A stretch of DNA of 64,000 nucleotides from Candidatus Bathyarchaeia archaeon (GCA_049512075.1 JBEKXL010000008.1:33836-97835), one strand, 5' to 3'; counted from the first letter of the stretch, positions 1 through 10,134 are shown. Notes: generated by a model from the letters alone, not told the origin. A program made the numbers and translations.

Positions 1-96
1 TATCTTGTCACGTCAATCGCGGATCTGCCCAGCTTGGTAGAAACCGCCAAGCTGGACGCGAAACAAAACCGGAAAAGGCGTGCAGGCCTAAAATGA
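1..96 (+). CDS. 3' end of a gene entering the window, possibly a HAD-family hydrolase
   Basis: Frame 1 reads YLVTSIADLPSLVETAKLDAKQNRKRRAGLK* (TGA 94-96); the first half resembles HAD C-termini. Partial. Confidence 0.4.
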   Translation, partial: YLVTSIADLPSLVETAKLDAKQNRKRRAGLK

Positions 97-98
97 AG

Positions 99-500
99 TT
101 AGGCTGGCTTAAAACAGTATCTCGGCCATTGTGGCCACGGTTGAGCCACCTGGCATGTTCCGAAGTCCATCTTCAGTTCCATTCCTATCTTGATTTGTTC
201 CAGAGCCACCCATTTTATCATCCCTGGGATCCTTAGACCGTTTGCAAGCTGGACGATGCCCATTGCGTACGGTGCCATCGACTGGAATTGGGCTGGAGCA
301 ATGTGTATGACCGTGTAGGTTACCAGTTTTCCTCTCGACGGAATTTCAGTCCATTCAAAGTCTTTCGAATAGCAATTGTCGCACAGGGGTCTCGGCGGAA
401 GATGCACCTTTCCGCACTTCGTGCACCGGCCTCCCAACAGTTTTCCCTGGTTGATGTGCTTATAGAACTGCTCTATCGTAAAAGGAGCCTGTTCGGACAT
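99..500 (-). CDS. DUF35-family Zn-ribbon/OB-fold protein (thiolase partner)
   Basis: CTKC...PPRPLCDNC zinc ribbon plus OB fold (GKLVTYTVIH, PYAMGIVQL); directly downstream of a thiolase. Confidence 0.92.
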   Translation of the reverse strand: MSEQAPFTIEQFYKHINQGKLLGGRCTKCGKVHLPPRPLCDNCYSKDFEWTEIPSRGKLVTYTVIHIAPAQFQSMAPYAMGIVQLANGLRIPGMIKWVALEQIKIGMELKMDFGTCQVAQPWPQWPRYCFKPA

Positions 501-502
501 TC

Positions 503-1675
503 TCAGGCTCTCCTGTAAATGTGAACGGTGGCAGTTGCACCAGAACCGCCCACGTTGTGAGTTAAACCGATTTCTGCATCTTTGACCTGCCGCCTATCCG
601 CTTGCCCGGTTAACTGCAAATATATCTCGTAGGCTTGGGCTGTGCCCGTGGCGCCAACAGGATGACCCTTGGCCTTCAACCCGCCACTCGTGTTCACAGG
701 TATTCTTCCGCCCAGCTTCGTCTCTCCCCTCTCAATCAAACTCCCGCCTTGACCTGGCCCGCAAAAGGCAAGGTCCTCATAGGCTATCAATTCGGCTATC
801 GTGAAACAGTCGTGGACTTCCGCCACGTCAATATCGCTTGAGCCAACTTGAGCCATTTCATAGGCTTTCTCAGCAGCCACTTTCGCAGCCGTAACGGACG
901 TTAGACTCTTCCTTTCGTACAGTCCTATAGTGTCACCGGCCTGACCGCTACCAACAATGTCGATCGGCGTATCAGTGAATTTTCTGGCCAGTTCCGGCGT
1001 GGTCAATATTAAGCAGCTGGCTCCGTCGGTGATGAGAGAGCAGTCGTACAGTTTGAGAGGCCACGCAACTACGCGCGAGGATAGAGCAGCTTCCAGTGTT
1101 ATTTCTTTCTGCATGTGAGCCTTTGGGTTTAGGCTTCCGTGATAATGGTTCTTCACGGCAATCATGGCAAGATGCCGTTCCGTCGTCCCGTACTCGTGCA
1201 TGTGTGCAGTAGCCATCAATGCATACAAGCCTGGAAAAGTCATGCCGTTCCACTGTTCGAACGGATAGTCCGAAGCCATAGCAAGATACTCTGTCACTTC
1301 CGCCGTAGGCCGGTGCGTCATCTTCTCAACACCTCCGACCATTACAACGTCGCTGAGGCCCGAACGAACAGCGCAAATCGCGGCTCTCAAGGCTGCACCA
1401 GAGGAGGCACACGCTGCTTCCGTCCTCGTAGCGGGCACATGCCCCAACCCTATCCAGTCTGCCACAGTAGCGCCCGTGTGTCCCTGATGCTCATACGATT
1501 CGCCCATGTGGCCCACGTAGAGGGCTTGAATATCCTTCTTAGGATCTAGTTTCGGACAACGGTCAAAGGCTTCTTTGGCTGCTTCCGCAAAAATCTCCCT
1601 TGCGTAGAGTCCTTCAAGCTTTCCGAACTTTGAAAGACCAACAGAAACTATCGAGACCAACGGTTTGCCGTTCAA
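503..1675 (-). CDS. Archaeal/SCP2-type thiolase (acetyl-CoA C-acyltransferase)
   Basis: EAACASS (catalytic Cys), GVEKM, EVHDCF, GHPVGATG, HNVGG. Start moved to TTG 1675 after GGAG. Confidence 0.93.
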   Translation of the reverse strand: MNGKPLVSIVSVGLSKFGKLEGLYAREIFAEAAKEAFDRCPKLDPKKDIQALYVGHMGESYEHQGHTGATVADWIGLGHVPATRTEAACASSGAALRAAICAVRSGLSDVVMVGGVEKMTHRPTAEVTEYLAMASDYPFEQWNGMTFPGLYALMATAHMHEYGTTERHLAMIAVKNHYHGSLNPKAHMQKEITLEAALSSRVVAWPLKLYDCSLITDGASCLILTTPELARKFTDTPIDIVGSGQAGDTIGLYERKSLTSVTAAKVAAEKAYEMAQVGSSDIDVAEVHDCFTIAELIAYEDLAFCGPGQGGSLIERGETKLGGRIPVNTSGGLKAKGHPVGATGTAQAYEIYLQLTGQADRRQVKDAEIGLTHNVGGSGATATVHIYRRA

Positions 1676-1831
1676 GAAGCATCTCCCAACATTGACACTG
1701 TCCACGTGGAAAACTGATTAAAGCCAAAACGCGTATTTAAGTTTCTTCAGCCACTTTCAGTCTTTCTCTTGGAAGAAAGCTCTACAGAACCTAAGAAACT
1801 GGGGTTTTCAAGTGAAAAAAGGATGTGGGGA

Positions 1832-2521
1832 TTATTTCTTCTCGCCATAGGTCTTTTTAACCCACGCTCGTGTTTTTTCCATGTCTTCTCTGAAGCGTTT
1901 CAGTTCGTCTGGTGTTCTCTTCGGGGCTACCGATTCTTCTGCTGGTGTTGCGAATACGTCTAGCAGGTCTCCTTTGGGCTGTTTGGACATGTTTATGTTG
2001 ACTTTGAGGCCTATGTTCACTTTTTCAGGGTCTACTTCTCGCATGGTCATGGGCAGACAGGTGTTTGTGCCGTCGATTCTTACCATTGCCCCTACTAGGG
2101 GTTGAAGATGTGCCATCGAGGGCCAAGCGATTGCCATAACCGTGTACGAGTGGACCTCTCCCTTCTTCGGAAGCTCGATCCACTTCGTTTCTTCCAGTCT
2201 GCATTTCGGGTTGAAGCAGTGTGCTCTTGGCGGGCAATATACTAATCCGCATTTTGGACACTTTGTTCCGTACAGCTTCCCTTCCAAGATTCCTATGAAG
2301 AACTGTGACACTTTACCGTAGCTGTGGTTAAACAGGCTTCCATGCGGTCTGTGGACGATTAAGAACTTCTCAGGTGCCAAACTGTTCAGCGTCGGTCCGT
2401 CATTCATCTCTATTATTTTCCAGCCTTCAGGTGTCCACCCGCCTTTCCGTTCCCATTCTTCCCAGTGTTTCTCATCGATTTTCTTTTCCTTCAGCAATCT
2501 CTCTGGTCCTGGCTGCTTCAT
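1832..2521 (-). CDS. DUF35-family Zn-ribbon/OB-fold protein with N- and C-terminal extensions
   Basis: CPKC...CPPRAHC..PKC, GEVHSYTV. ATG 2521 lies a few nt after the upstream thiolase stop. Confidence 0.88.
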   Translation of the reverse strand: MKQPGPERLLKEKKIDEKHWEEWERKGGWTPEGWKIIEMNDGPTLNSLAPEKFLIVHRPHGSLFNHSYGKVSQFFIGILEGKLYGTKCPKCGLVYCPPRAHCFNPKCRLEETKWIELPKKGEVHSYTVMAIAWPSMAHLQPLVGAMVRIDGTNTCLPMTMREVDPEKVNIGLKVNINMSKQPKGDLLDVFATPAEESVAPKRTPDELKRFREDMEKTRAWVKKTYGEKK

Positions 2522-2526
2522 CTCTT

Positions 2527-3819
2527 CTACACCTCCAAGACTACGGCGCCTGCCTGGCATCCTGTGCCGCCGTGCCCGTGGATGAAGGCCTTCTTCGGGT
2601 TGCTCAGCTGTCTACCTGGTGCGCCCCACTTCTTTCCTATTTGGTTGCCGAGTTGCCAGTAGCTGTCGACGACTTGGGCGATTGACGTTGAGCCTACAGC
2701 GTGCCCCTGCGCCGTTAGCGCTCCGCTGAGTTGACAAGGAAGCTCTCCACTGGGCTTGATTATACCCTCGCGAACCATATTCTTGCCCTCGCCTCTCTTG
2801 CAGAAATCAAAATCCTCCAACCCGGCCAGTACTACTCCTGCGTAGGGGTCGAAGATTTCGACGAAGCTGATTTCCTTCCGCGGGTTCTCGATTCCAGCGT
2901 CTTTGTAAGCCATTCTTGCAGACACTCTTAGAGAGCCAAAATTGAGCAGATCTGGATAGGGTGACATCGGTTTTGGAACGGTCTTCGGCCAAATCTTTTC
3001 ATCTTCCGGGTACATGCCTTTCCACGCGGGGTTGTCCGGGCGGTCCCCGACCCTCATAGTATCGCTCCCGAAGCCTACGCCAGTTATCCAAATGGGGTCG
3101 TCAGTAAGTTTCTTCGTCATTTCCTCGTTCGCCAACAACAGTGCAGAGGCCCCTTCACTCGTCATTGCACATTCATAGTTGCGGTATGGCCAAGATATCA
3201 AACGTGACTTGTACACGTCGTCCACCGTGATCTTTGTGAAACCATGCTGAGCGGGCCATTGCGCATAAGGGTTGGCGAGGGAGTTGTTGTGGCACATGGC
3301 GGACACTTCAGCGAGGTCTTCTTCCCTATCTCCGTACACGTGCATCCGCCTTGCTTCCATGGTTGCGTAGAAAGCGTTGTACGTGAAGCCCGAAACGAAA
3401 TCCCAGTCTGTGTCTCCAGCTATTGCTATTGCCTCGTTGACCTTTTGGATTGGCAGCTCATTCATTTTTTCCCAGCCGACCACGAGAACCACCGGGAACA
3501 TGCCTGAACGCACCCACAAAGCCGCGTTTATTATGGCGTCTATCGGAGTTGCTCCTCCCGACTCGACCCTGTACGAAGGAACGCCGCTCAAACCCAGGTA
3601 GTCGTTGATTATCCAGTGCATGCACTGCTGTTGTTCGAGAATGTCGCTGAAATATGAGTAGCAACACGCGTAACCTTTCTTCAAGAAATCGCCGAGTTCC
3701 AGCTCTGGAACGTCGTCAAGTATCATTTTGACTGCTTCTGCGCACATTTCTTCTTGCAAGGTATGCCTAGGAAGGTCAAATCGTGAAATGCTGCCTGCGA
3801 CTATTCCGACTTTTTTCAA
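2527..3819 (-). CDS. Thiolase-fold protein lacking the canonical catalytic Cys
   Basis: GWEKM and GHAVGSTS retained; ESGGATP replaces EAACAS and EIFDPY replaces EVHDCF. Confidence 0.88.
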   Translation of the reverse strand: MKKVGIVAGSISRFDLPRHTLQEEMCAEAVKMILDDVPELELGDFLKKGYACCYSYFSDILEQQQCMHWIINDYLGLSGVPSYRVESGGATPIDAIINAALWVRSGMFPVVLVVGWEKMNELPIQKVNEAIAIAGDTDWDFVSGFTYNAFYATMEARRMHVYGDREEDLAEVSAMCHNNSLANPYAQWPAQHGFTKITVDDVYKSRLISWPYRNYECAMTSEGASALLLANEEMTKKLTDDPIWITGVGFGSDTMRVGDRPDNPAWKGMYPEDEKIWPKTVPKPMSPYPDLLNFGSLRVSARMAYKDAGIENPRKEISFVEIFDPYAGVVLAGLEDFDFCKRGEGKNMVREGIIKPSGELPCQLSGALTAQGHAVGSTSIAQVVDSYWQLGNQIGKKWGAPGRQLSNPKKAFIHGHGGTGCQAGAVVLEV

Positions 3820-4364
3820 TTTTCCACCTCAAATTTCGAAGATGTAGTTAGTGAATTTCAAGAACTATAAGACATTTGCGATGGGCAAGCGTATTTTTCG
3901 TATGTGTCCCCAATAACGGTGCCATCGGTGTTTTGAAGGTGCACCACACGTACTCGCCAAGAATAGCAAATCGAACTAATATTTCAAACCTCAAAGCGGG
4001 CGTTTCTACATAGGTTACCAAAGTCAAAACTCGAGCAATGACACAGGGATTTTCTCCTGCGTCACTATCAAACCGTCTATGATCCTGATACCTTAAGACA
4101 CAACGGTGCACTATTCAAGGTTCTGCACTTTCCGGTATGTGTGCGCGCAGGGACCCTACCCGGAGTCTACTACATGATCCAAATATAACTCAACATTGAG
4201 CACGCACCTTGCTGTTCGTTCTACGCGAGCTGTAGTGTTCTTGACTAGAAACTGTGATTCTTGCGATATGTTACACGTTGCGTTCGTAAGAAAACGGCGT
4301 ATGATGGACTTGGCGCATGCATGACAGTCATCCTTTTATAATTTGTTCTGGCTTCGTATCTTAT

Positions 4365-5483
4365 GTGCAAATCATACAATTGTCAACGGCCCTTCCCCGC
4401 AATGAATACTCAACCAAAAAGCTGATGGAAGAGTTTCCGTGCAAACTTCCTGAACCCGTTGTGCAAAACGTGCTTAACCTTGGAGTCTCAAAACGTTATC
4501 TGATCAGCCAATCAGCACTAACGACAGAACCAGAAACGGTAATGGACGAAACCAGCCTCATTAACCTGTGCTCCGAGGCCTGTCGAAAAGCCATTCAAGG
4601 AGCCGATCTCTGTTTCAGAGACATAGACTATCTCATCACTGCCTATGACGCGAACCCTTTCCTGAGCCCCGGCCTCAGTCAGCTACTGGTGCCGCAGTTA
4701 GGCCTAGATTCTTTTGTTAGACATGTTAACGCGCAGGGAATAGCCAGCACAGCTTTTACGAAAACATTACAGCTCGCGGAAGACTACCTTGCTGCACGCC
4801 CGAAAGACAATGTACTCATTTGCATCTCAGGAGTGAGCTCATACTGGTTCCAAAACCAGGTGCGAGGTCTAAAAGACGTGATGGAAATCGGAAAGATTGG
4901 TCTGATTCACGACAGCAGGAGAAAACAAATGGAACTGAGGAAGTGGGTGGCCACGATGCAGTTTTTCCTGTTCGGAGACGGCGTGGCCGCTGCGGTCGTG
5001 TCGAACAAGAGTCAGGGCTTGAAGGTTGACAAGATTGTCGAAGTGACGAATATCGATTCAAAGGACTATCTGGCTGGCTATTCTAGACTCTCTTTCTTAA
5101 ATGAACCGTTCAAGTTCGGCTTTCACTCACATCTTGGCAAGGAAATTCCAGACTTGGGAGTCAAGTACACAGGTCTGGCGCTTGACAGATTGTTTGCAAA
5201 AGAAACAAAGAACAGAATGAAAGCTGCGAAGAAGTGGGCAGTTCACACGGGTAGCGAAAAGATACTTGACGCTCTGGCTGAACACCACGGCGCTGAGAAA
5301 GAAAAACTCAGAGAGTCGCACGAAGTTCTCAGAGGAAATGGCAACCTGGCGGGAGCAAGCCTACCCTTCATTCTTGACAAGATAGCCTCGACGAACAAGT
5401 TGTCAAGGGGCGACACCATACTTATGCTTGGATACGGGTGGGGATTCTCGGCGTCGGCAGGCCTATTGGAATTTTGGAGTTGA
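4365..5483 (+). CDS. Type III polyketide synthase / chalcone-synthase-like condensing enzyme
   Basis: LFGDGVAAAVV, WAVHTGS (His), GNLAGASLPFIL (Asn), LGYGWG. Probable GTG start at 4365. Confidence 0.82.
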   Translation: MQIIQLSTALPRNEYSTKKLMEEFPCKLPEPVVQNVLNLGVSKRYLISQSALTTEPETVMDETSLINLCSEACRKAIQGADLCFRDIDYLITAYDANPFLSPGLSQLLVPQLGLDSFVRHVNAQGIASTAFTKTLQLAEDYLAARPKDNVLICISGVSSYWFQNQVRGLKDVMEIGKIGLIHDSRRKQMELRKWVATMQFFLFGDGVAAAVVSNKSQGLKVDKIVEVTNIDSKDYLAGYSRLSFLNEPFKFGFHSHLGKEIPDLGVKYTGLALDRLFAKETKNRMKAAKKWAVHTGSEKILDALAEHHGAEKEKLRESHEVLRGNGNLAGASLPFILDKIASTNKLSRGDTILMLGYGWGFSASAGLLEFWS

Positions 5484-5625
5484 AGATTTTCCCAGAAGCC
5501 CGGCTCATTCGACCCCCGACCGATTGTTCTCATGCGTTTTGAACCGATAGTAAAATATCTTTCTAGGTCAATGATGATAGTAACTCAAAGCAGCACATAG
5601 TCATTATTGGGGGCAGAACACTGCG

Positions 5626-7308
5626 ATGTTTGACAAGAAAAAAATCGATGAATTGAAGAAGGAACGCGAACGTTGGGAACAGACAACGTTGCCAAACTGG
5701 ATCAGACAATCCAGCGAAAGGAAAAACGAATTCCGTAGCAGCTCCAACATGCCCATTAAACGGTTGTACACGCCCGAAGACGTCAAAGACCTGGACTATT
5801 TACAGGACCTAGGCTTCCCCGGGGAGTATCCTTTCCTTCGTGGTGTGCACGCTACGATGTACCGTGGCCGTTTTTGGACGATGCGGCAGTTCTCAGGGTT
5901 TGGAACAGCAGAACAGACGAACAAGCGTTTCAAATACCTCCTCAAAGAAGGCGAGACGGGCTTGAGCATTGCCTTTGACTATCCGACGATAATGGGCTAC
6001 GATTCGGACCATCCCATGGGAAAAGGCGAAGTCGGCATATGTGGAGTTGCAATTTCGTCATTGAAAGACATGCAAGTTCTGCTGAATGGAATTCCACTTG
6101 ACAAAGTCACCACGTCCATGACAATAAACGGACCCGCAGCCATGCTGCTGGCCATGTACGTTGCGGTAGGCGACAAGCAAGGCATATCAAGAGAAAAACT
6201 CGGTGGAACAACACAAAACGACAATCTGAAAGAGTACTTCGCTCAGAAGCTGTGCATATACCCGCCAAAATCCTCCGTGAAACTCACAACGGACATCATA
6301 GAGTACTGCGCGCGAAACTTGCAAAGGTGGAATCCCATAAGCATAAGTGGATATCACATCAGAGAAGCAGGCGCAAACGCCGTGCAAGAACTCGCATTCA
6401 CCATTTACGATGGAATAACATACGTGGAATCCACTCTGCAGAGGGGACTGAAAGTTGATGAATTTGCCCACCGATTGTCATTCTTCTTCGCCTCGCACAA
6501 CGACTTTTTCGAAGAACTGGCCAAGTTCAGAGCTGCCCGAAGACTTTGGGCAAAGCTCATGAAAGAACGTTTTCACGCCAAGAACCCAAGATCAATGTGG
6601 ATGCGCATGCACGTTCAAACTTCCGGATGCACGCTCACGGCACAGCAACCCTTAAACAATATTACTCGCACGACGATTCAGGCCTTGGCAGCAGTTCTAG
6701 GAGGAACACAATCATTGCACACGAATTCATTCGACGAAGCCTTAGCGCTGCCCGGCGAAGAAGCCGTCAGAGTTGCACTGAGAACACAGCAGATAATAGC
6801 CCATGAGAGCGGAGCAACAAACACGATAGACCCGTTAGCAGGTTCATACTACGTTGAAGCTTTAACAAACGAAATGGAAGAAAAAGCCACGGAGTACATT
6901 CAAAAATTAGATGATATGGGCGGAGCAATGGTCGCCATAGAAAAAGGGTTCTTCCAAAAGGAAATAGCCGACAGCTCCTACAAGTACCAGAAAGAAATAG
7001 ACGAGAGGAAACGGACAATAGTCGGCGTAAACAACTACCAAATCGAGAAAGAAGAATATCCGATAAAGCTTTTGAGGGTAGACCCCAAGGTCGAAAAAGA
7101 ACAAGTCGCCAACCTTCAGAACGTAAGAAAAACGAGAGATAACAGGAAGGCTGAAGAAATGCTTGACAAGCTTGAGCTTTCAGCAGAAAAAGATGAAAAC
7201 CTTATGCCTGCAATAATTGAAGCAGTCAAAGCCTATGCGACCCTTGGCGAAATCTGCAGCGTGCTGCGGAAAGTTTATGGAGAATACAAGGAGCTAATTG
7301 TAATTTGA
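5626..7308 (+). CDS. AdoCbl-dependent acyl-CoA mutase, large subunit (isobutyryl-CoA mutase-like)
   Basis: GEYPFLRG, WTMRQFSGFG, GLSIAFD, SISGYHIREAG, GGTQSLHTN, RTQQII. Confidence 0.95.
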   Translation: MFDKKKIDELKKERERWEQTTLPNWIRQSSERKNEFRSSSNMPIKRLYTPEDVKDLDYLQDLGFPGEYPFLRGVHATMYRGRFWTMRQFSGFGTAEQTNKRFKYLLKEGETGLSIAFDYPTIMGYDSDHPMGKGEVGICGVAISSLKDMQVLLNGIPLDKVTTSMTINGPAAMLLAMYVAVGDKQGISREKLGGTTQNDNLKEYFAQKLCIYPPKSSVKLTTDIIEYCARNLQRWNPISISGYHIREAGANAVQELAFTIYDGITYVESTLQRGLKVDEFAHRLSFFFASHNDFFEELAKFRAARRLWAKLMKERFHAKNPRSMWMRMHVQTSGCTLTAQQPLNNITRTTIQALAAVLGGTQSLHTNSFDEALALPGEEAVRVALRTQQIIAHESGATNTIDPLAGSYYVEALTNEMEEKATEYIQKLDDMGGAMVAIEKGFFQKEIADSSYKYQKEIDERKRTIVGVNNYQIEKEEYPIKLLRVDPKVEKEQVANLQNVRKTRDNRKAEEMLDKLELSAEKDENLMPAIIEAVKAYATLGEICSVLRKVYGEYKELIVI

Positions 7309-7320
7309 AGAGGCGGAAAA

Positions 7321-7728
7321 ATGGAAGATGCAAGAAAGATTAGGGTTCTAATCGCGAAACCGGGCCTTGACAGTCACGACAGAGGCGCCAAAGTTGTTGC
7401 GAGAGCCCTCAGAGACGCTGGCATGGAGGTGATTTACACGGGTCTCAGACAGACCCCGGAACAGATCGCTGAAACTGCCCTACAGGAAGACGTGGATGTT
7501 ATAGGCCTGAGCATTCTTTCAGGTGCCCACAAGACTCTCTTCCCGAGAATAATGGAGCTCTTGAAAAAACAAGGGTTAACAGACGTGATGGTGTTCGCTG
7601 GAGGAATAATCCCCGAAGAAGACGTGTCTGAGATGAAAAAGCTGGGAATAAAGGAAATCTTTGGGCCAGGAACCACGACCGAAGAGATAATACGGTACGT
7701 GGTGGACAACCTCCCGAAAAGAGACTAA
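7321..7728 (+). CDS. Cobalamin-binding small subunit of the mutase
   Basis: [10 protein letters not shown] (DxHxxG), [14 protein letters not shown]. Confidence 0.95.
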   Translation: MEDARKIRVLIAKPGLDSHDRGAKVVARALRDAGMEVIYTGLRQTPEQIAETALQEDVDVIGLSILSGAHKTLFPRIMELLKKQGLTDVMVFAGGIIPEEDVSEMKKLGIKEIFGPGTTTEEIIRYVVDNLPKRD

Positions 7729-7747
7729 TCTCCTACGATGTGCAGAA

Positions 7748-8710
7748 GTGTTGACCAAAACTGAAGAAATCGCAGAAGGTGTTCTAAAAGGAGATCGCAG
7801 AAGCATAGCAAAAGCGATAACAATCATTGAAAACAGCATGCCTGGAGCGCAAGAACTGATTGCCCAGATTTTTCCTCACACGGGAAAAGCTCATGTCATA
7901 GGGTTGACCGGGGCGGGCGGGGCTGGAAAAAGCACGCTCATCGAGAAAATCGTCCGCGAGTACAGACGAAAGGGCAAAACGGTGGGCGTCATCGCCGTAG
8001 ATCCCACGAGTCCGTTCACTGGGGGGGCATTCTTAGGCGACAGGATTCGCATGCAGGAATTAAGCACTGACGAGGGCGTTTACATAAGAAGCATGGCAAC
8101 CCGCAACTACGCGGGCGGAATATCGAAAGCAACAAAAGACGCTGCCAAGATACTGGACGCAGCTGGAAAGGACGTAGTGATAGTCGAAACTGCCGGCGCC
8201 GGTCAATCTGAAGTTGAGATTGTCAAGGTGGCCCAAACAATAGTTGTCATGCACGCCCCAGGACTGGGAGACGAGATACAAGCGATAAAAGCGGGAATAA
8301 TGGAGATAGCCGACATATTCGTGGTGAACAAGGCTGACCGAGAAAACGCAAACATGACCACGGTAGACATCCAAGCGATGCTCCAGATGAGCAACAAGAA
8401 AGGCGGATGGAAGCCCCCCGTGCTGAAAACAGTGGCGCTCACCGGCGAAGGCGTCCCAGAACTCATCGAAAAACTGGAAGAACACAGATGCTTCCTTGAA
8501 GGCGACACAGAATGCAAGGAAAACCTGTTGAAAACCAAAGCTGAAGCTGAACTACAAGAGGCCATAAAGGAAAGAATATCCAGAGCACTAATAGACCAAC
8601 TTAAGAGAGAAGGAAAACTCGACGAACTTCTACGCGAAATCGTTGAGAAGAAGATAGATCCAGCTTCCGCAGCTGAAAAACTCGTCAAGAAAGCGATTAA
8701 TGATGCCTAA
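7748..8710 (+). CDS. meaB: MeaB/ArgK mutase-associated GTPase
   Basis: GAGGAGKST, AVDPTSP, LGDRIRM, RSMATR, VVNKAD. Confidence 0.95.
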   Translation: MLTKTEEIAEGVLKGDRRSIAKAITIIENSMPGAQELIAQIFPHTGKAHVIGLTGAGGAGKSTLIEKIVREYRRKGKTVGVIAVDPTSPFTGGAFLGDRIRMQELSTDEGVYIRSMATRNYAGGISKATKDAAKILDAAGKDVVIVETAGAGQSEVEIVKVAQTIVVMHAPGLGDEIQAIKAGIMEIADIFVVNKADRENANMTTVDIQAMLQMSNKKGGWKPPVLKTVALTGEGVPELIEKLEEHRCFLEGDTECKENLLKTKAEAELQEAIKERISRALIDQLKREGKLDELLREIVEKKIDPASAAEKLVKKAINDA

Positions 8711-9233
8711 GCTTGAGAAAGGACTCGTCCAAGTTTACACTGGAAACGGGAAAGGCAAAACGTCGGCGGCCTTGGGTCTTGCGCTCAGAGCAATAGGCAG
8801 AGGGCTTAAGGTCTACGTGATTCAGTTCATCAAGGGCGGGTTCGACTACGGCGAACTCCATGTAGTGGGCGGACTTCCAAACATCACTTTGAAAGCTTTC
8901 GGAAGAGGTAAGTTCATAACGGCGAAGCCACCTGAAAAAGAAGACGTCAAACTTGCTGAAGAAGCACTCAGACTGGCAGAAGAAATCATTGAAAGCAGGG
9001 AATACGACATTGTTGTCCTAGACGAAATCAATGTTGCCCTAGACTTGAAACTCATAAAAATTCAAGAAGTCGTGGAAATGATAAAGAAGAAACCCGAGAA
9101 CGTTGAGATTGTTCTGACCGGGCGCAACGCGCCTAGAGAGATAATCGACCTTGCAGACCTTGTGACAGAGTTGAAGGAGATTAAGCATCCGTTCAGTAAG
9201 GGTTTCCAAGCTCGAAAAGGAATTGAATACTAG
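8703..9233 (+). CDS. cobO: Cob(I)alamin adenosyltransferase, CobO/BtuR type
   Basis: YTGNGKGKT, QFIKG, VLDE, LTGR, KHPF..G.E. Confidence 0.95.
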   Translation: MPKLEKGLVQVYTGNGKGKTSAALGLALRAIGRGLKVYVIQFIKGGFDYGELHVVGGLPNITLKAFGRGKFITAKPPEKEDVKLAEEALRLAEEIIESREYDIVVLDEINVALDLKLIKIQEVVEMIKKKPENVEIVLTGRNAPREIIDLADLVTELKEIKHPFSKGFQARKGIEY

Positions 9234-9516
9234 GTTTTGCTACGACAAGACGCTTTGACTTAGATAGTTCTTCACGGCATTATCTCTTTTTTTCGCAGGC
9301 AAGCGGGTAAATCTCCTTTGCTACGTATTCAAGGTACCGCTCTTTCTCTGTTAGATTGAAGATTGTGACCGAAGCATCTCGTGTTATGCCCACCACGTAG
9401 CCGTATTCTTTCGATCTTGCAACTACGCACCACAGGTCTCCGTGTTTACCGTAGTCCTCGAAGAGTGGAGTGTTTATCAGGTCTGCGCGCGCGCTAAACA
9501 GAGGTGTATATATCAG

Positions 9517-9699
9517 TTGGAAAATCGAGAAATGTTCAAGGCCACTTGCGCTGAGTGTGGAAAATCATGCGAACTCCCCTTTAAGCCGGATGGTACTAGA
9601 CCGGTGTTTTGTCGAGAGTGTTATTCGAAGCGCCGACATGTCGGACGTGGTTTAAGGCATTTTGCGGACCAGAAAGACGCCGCTTGGGCTCATCCATGA
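9517..9699 (+). CDS. Small CxxC-x17-CxxC zinc-finger protein
   Basis: MFKATCAECGKSCELPFKPDGTRPVFCRECY. Start is TTG 9517 or ATG 9532. Confidence 0.8.
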   Translation: MENREMFKATCAECGKSCELPFKPDGTRPVFCRECYSKRRHVGRGLRHFADQKDAAWAHP

Positions 9700-10033
9700 G
9701 ACATGCCAAAAACAAGTTTTTCAGTGCAACTTTAACAGCGCGCGCTCATCTAGAACTATCTTCCACAAGCTATATTTGCGCTGTACTGAGTATCAATATT
9801 GAAGGAGAGGGAGAAGGGATAGAGGGAAAGGGCAACTGGGAAAGGAGAAAGGATAGAAAAATGTGCCCTTCCCCTCAACCTTCTGCAATATTCTTTGCAG
9901 TTGCTACTTAAAACCTTGTCGGCGCACGCGTTATAAAAAGAAGAACCCACACGCGCTATGAACTCACGAACACATAATGCTCGCTCATAACGAGCAGGCT
10001 GTGAAGCGCGCGCTACTGTAACTTTATTTTCTA

Positions 10034-10060
10034 TGAAAGATTGTTACACAAATTTAATAT
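10034..10060 (+). promoter_or_regulatory. 15-bp palindromic operator followed by BRE/TATA
   Basis: TGAAAGA-T-TGTTACA, then CAAA-TTTAATAT; same arrangement recurs at five other surface-protein promoters. Confidence 0.65.
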
Positions 10061-10134
10061 GTGAAAACAACTTAACAGTCTCTGAAAGCCAGAAAGCGCT
10101 GAGTTATACATTCGAACGGGAGAAAGGAAATGGA

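Noticed and set aside
3848-4111. 87-aa ORF upstream of the thiolase
   Set aside because: No motif or ribosome-binding site; it overlaps the probable promoter region.
10033-10134. N-terminal extension of the ORF as given in the track
   Set aside because: It overlaps the operator and TATA box; the signal peptide starts at ATG 10135.
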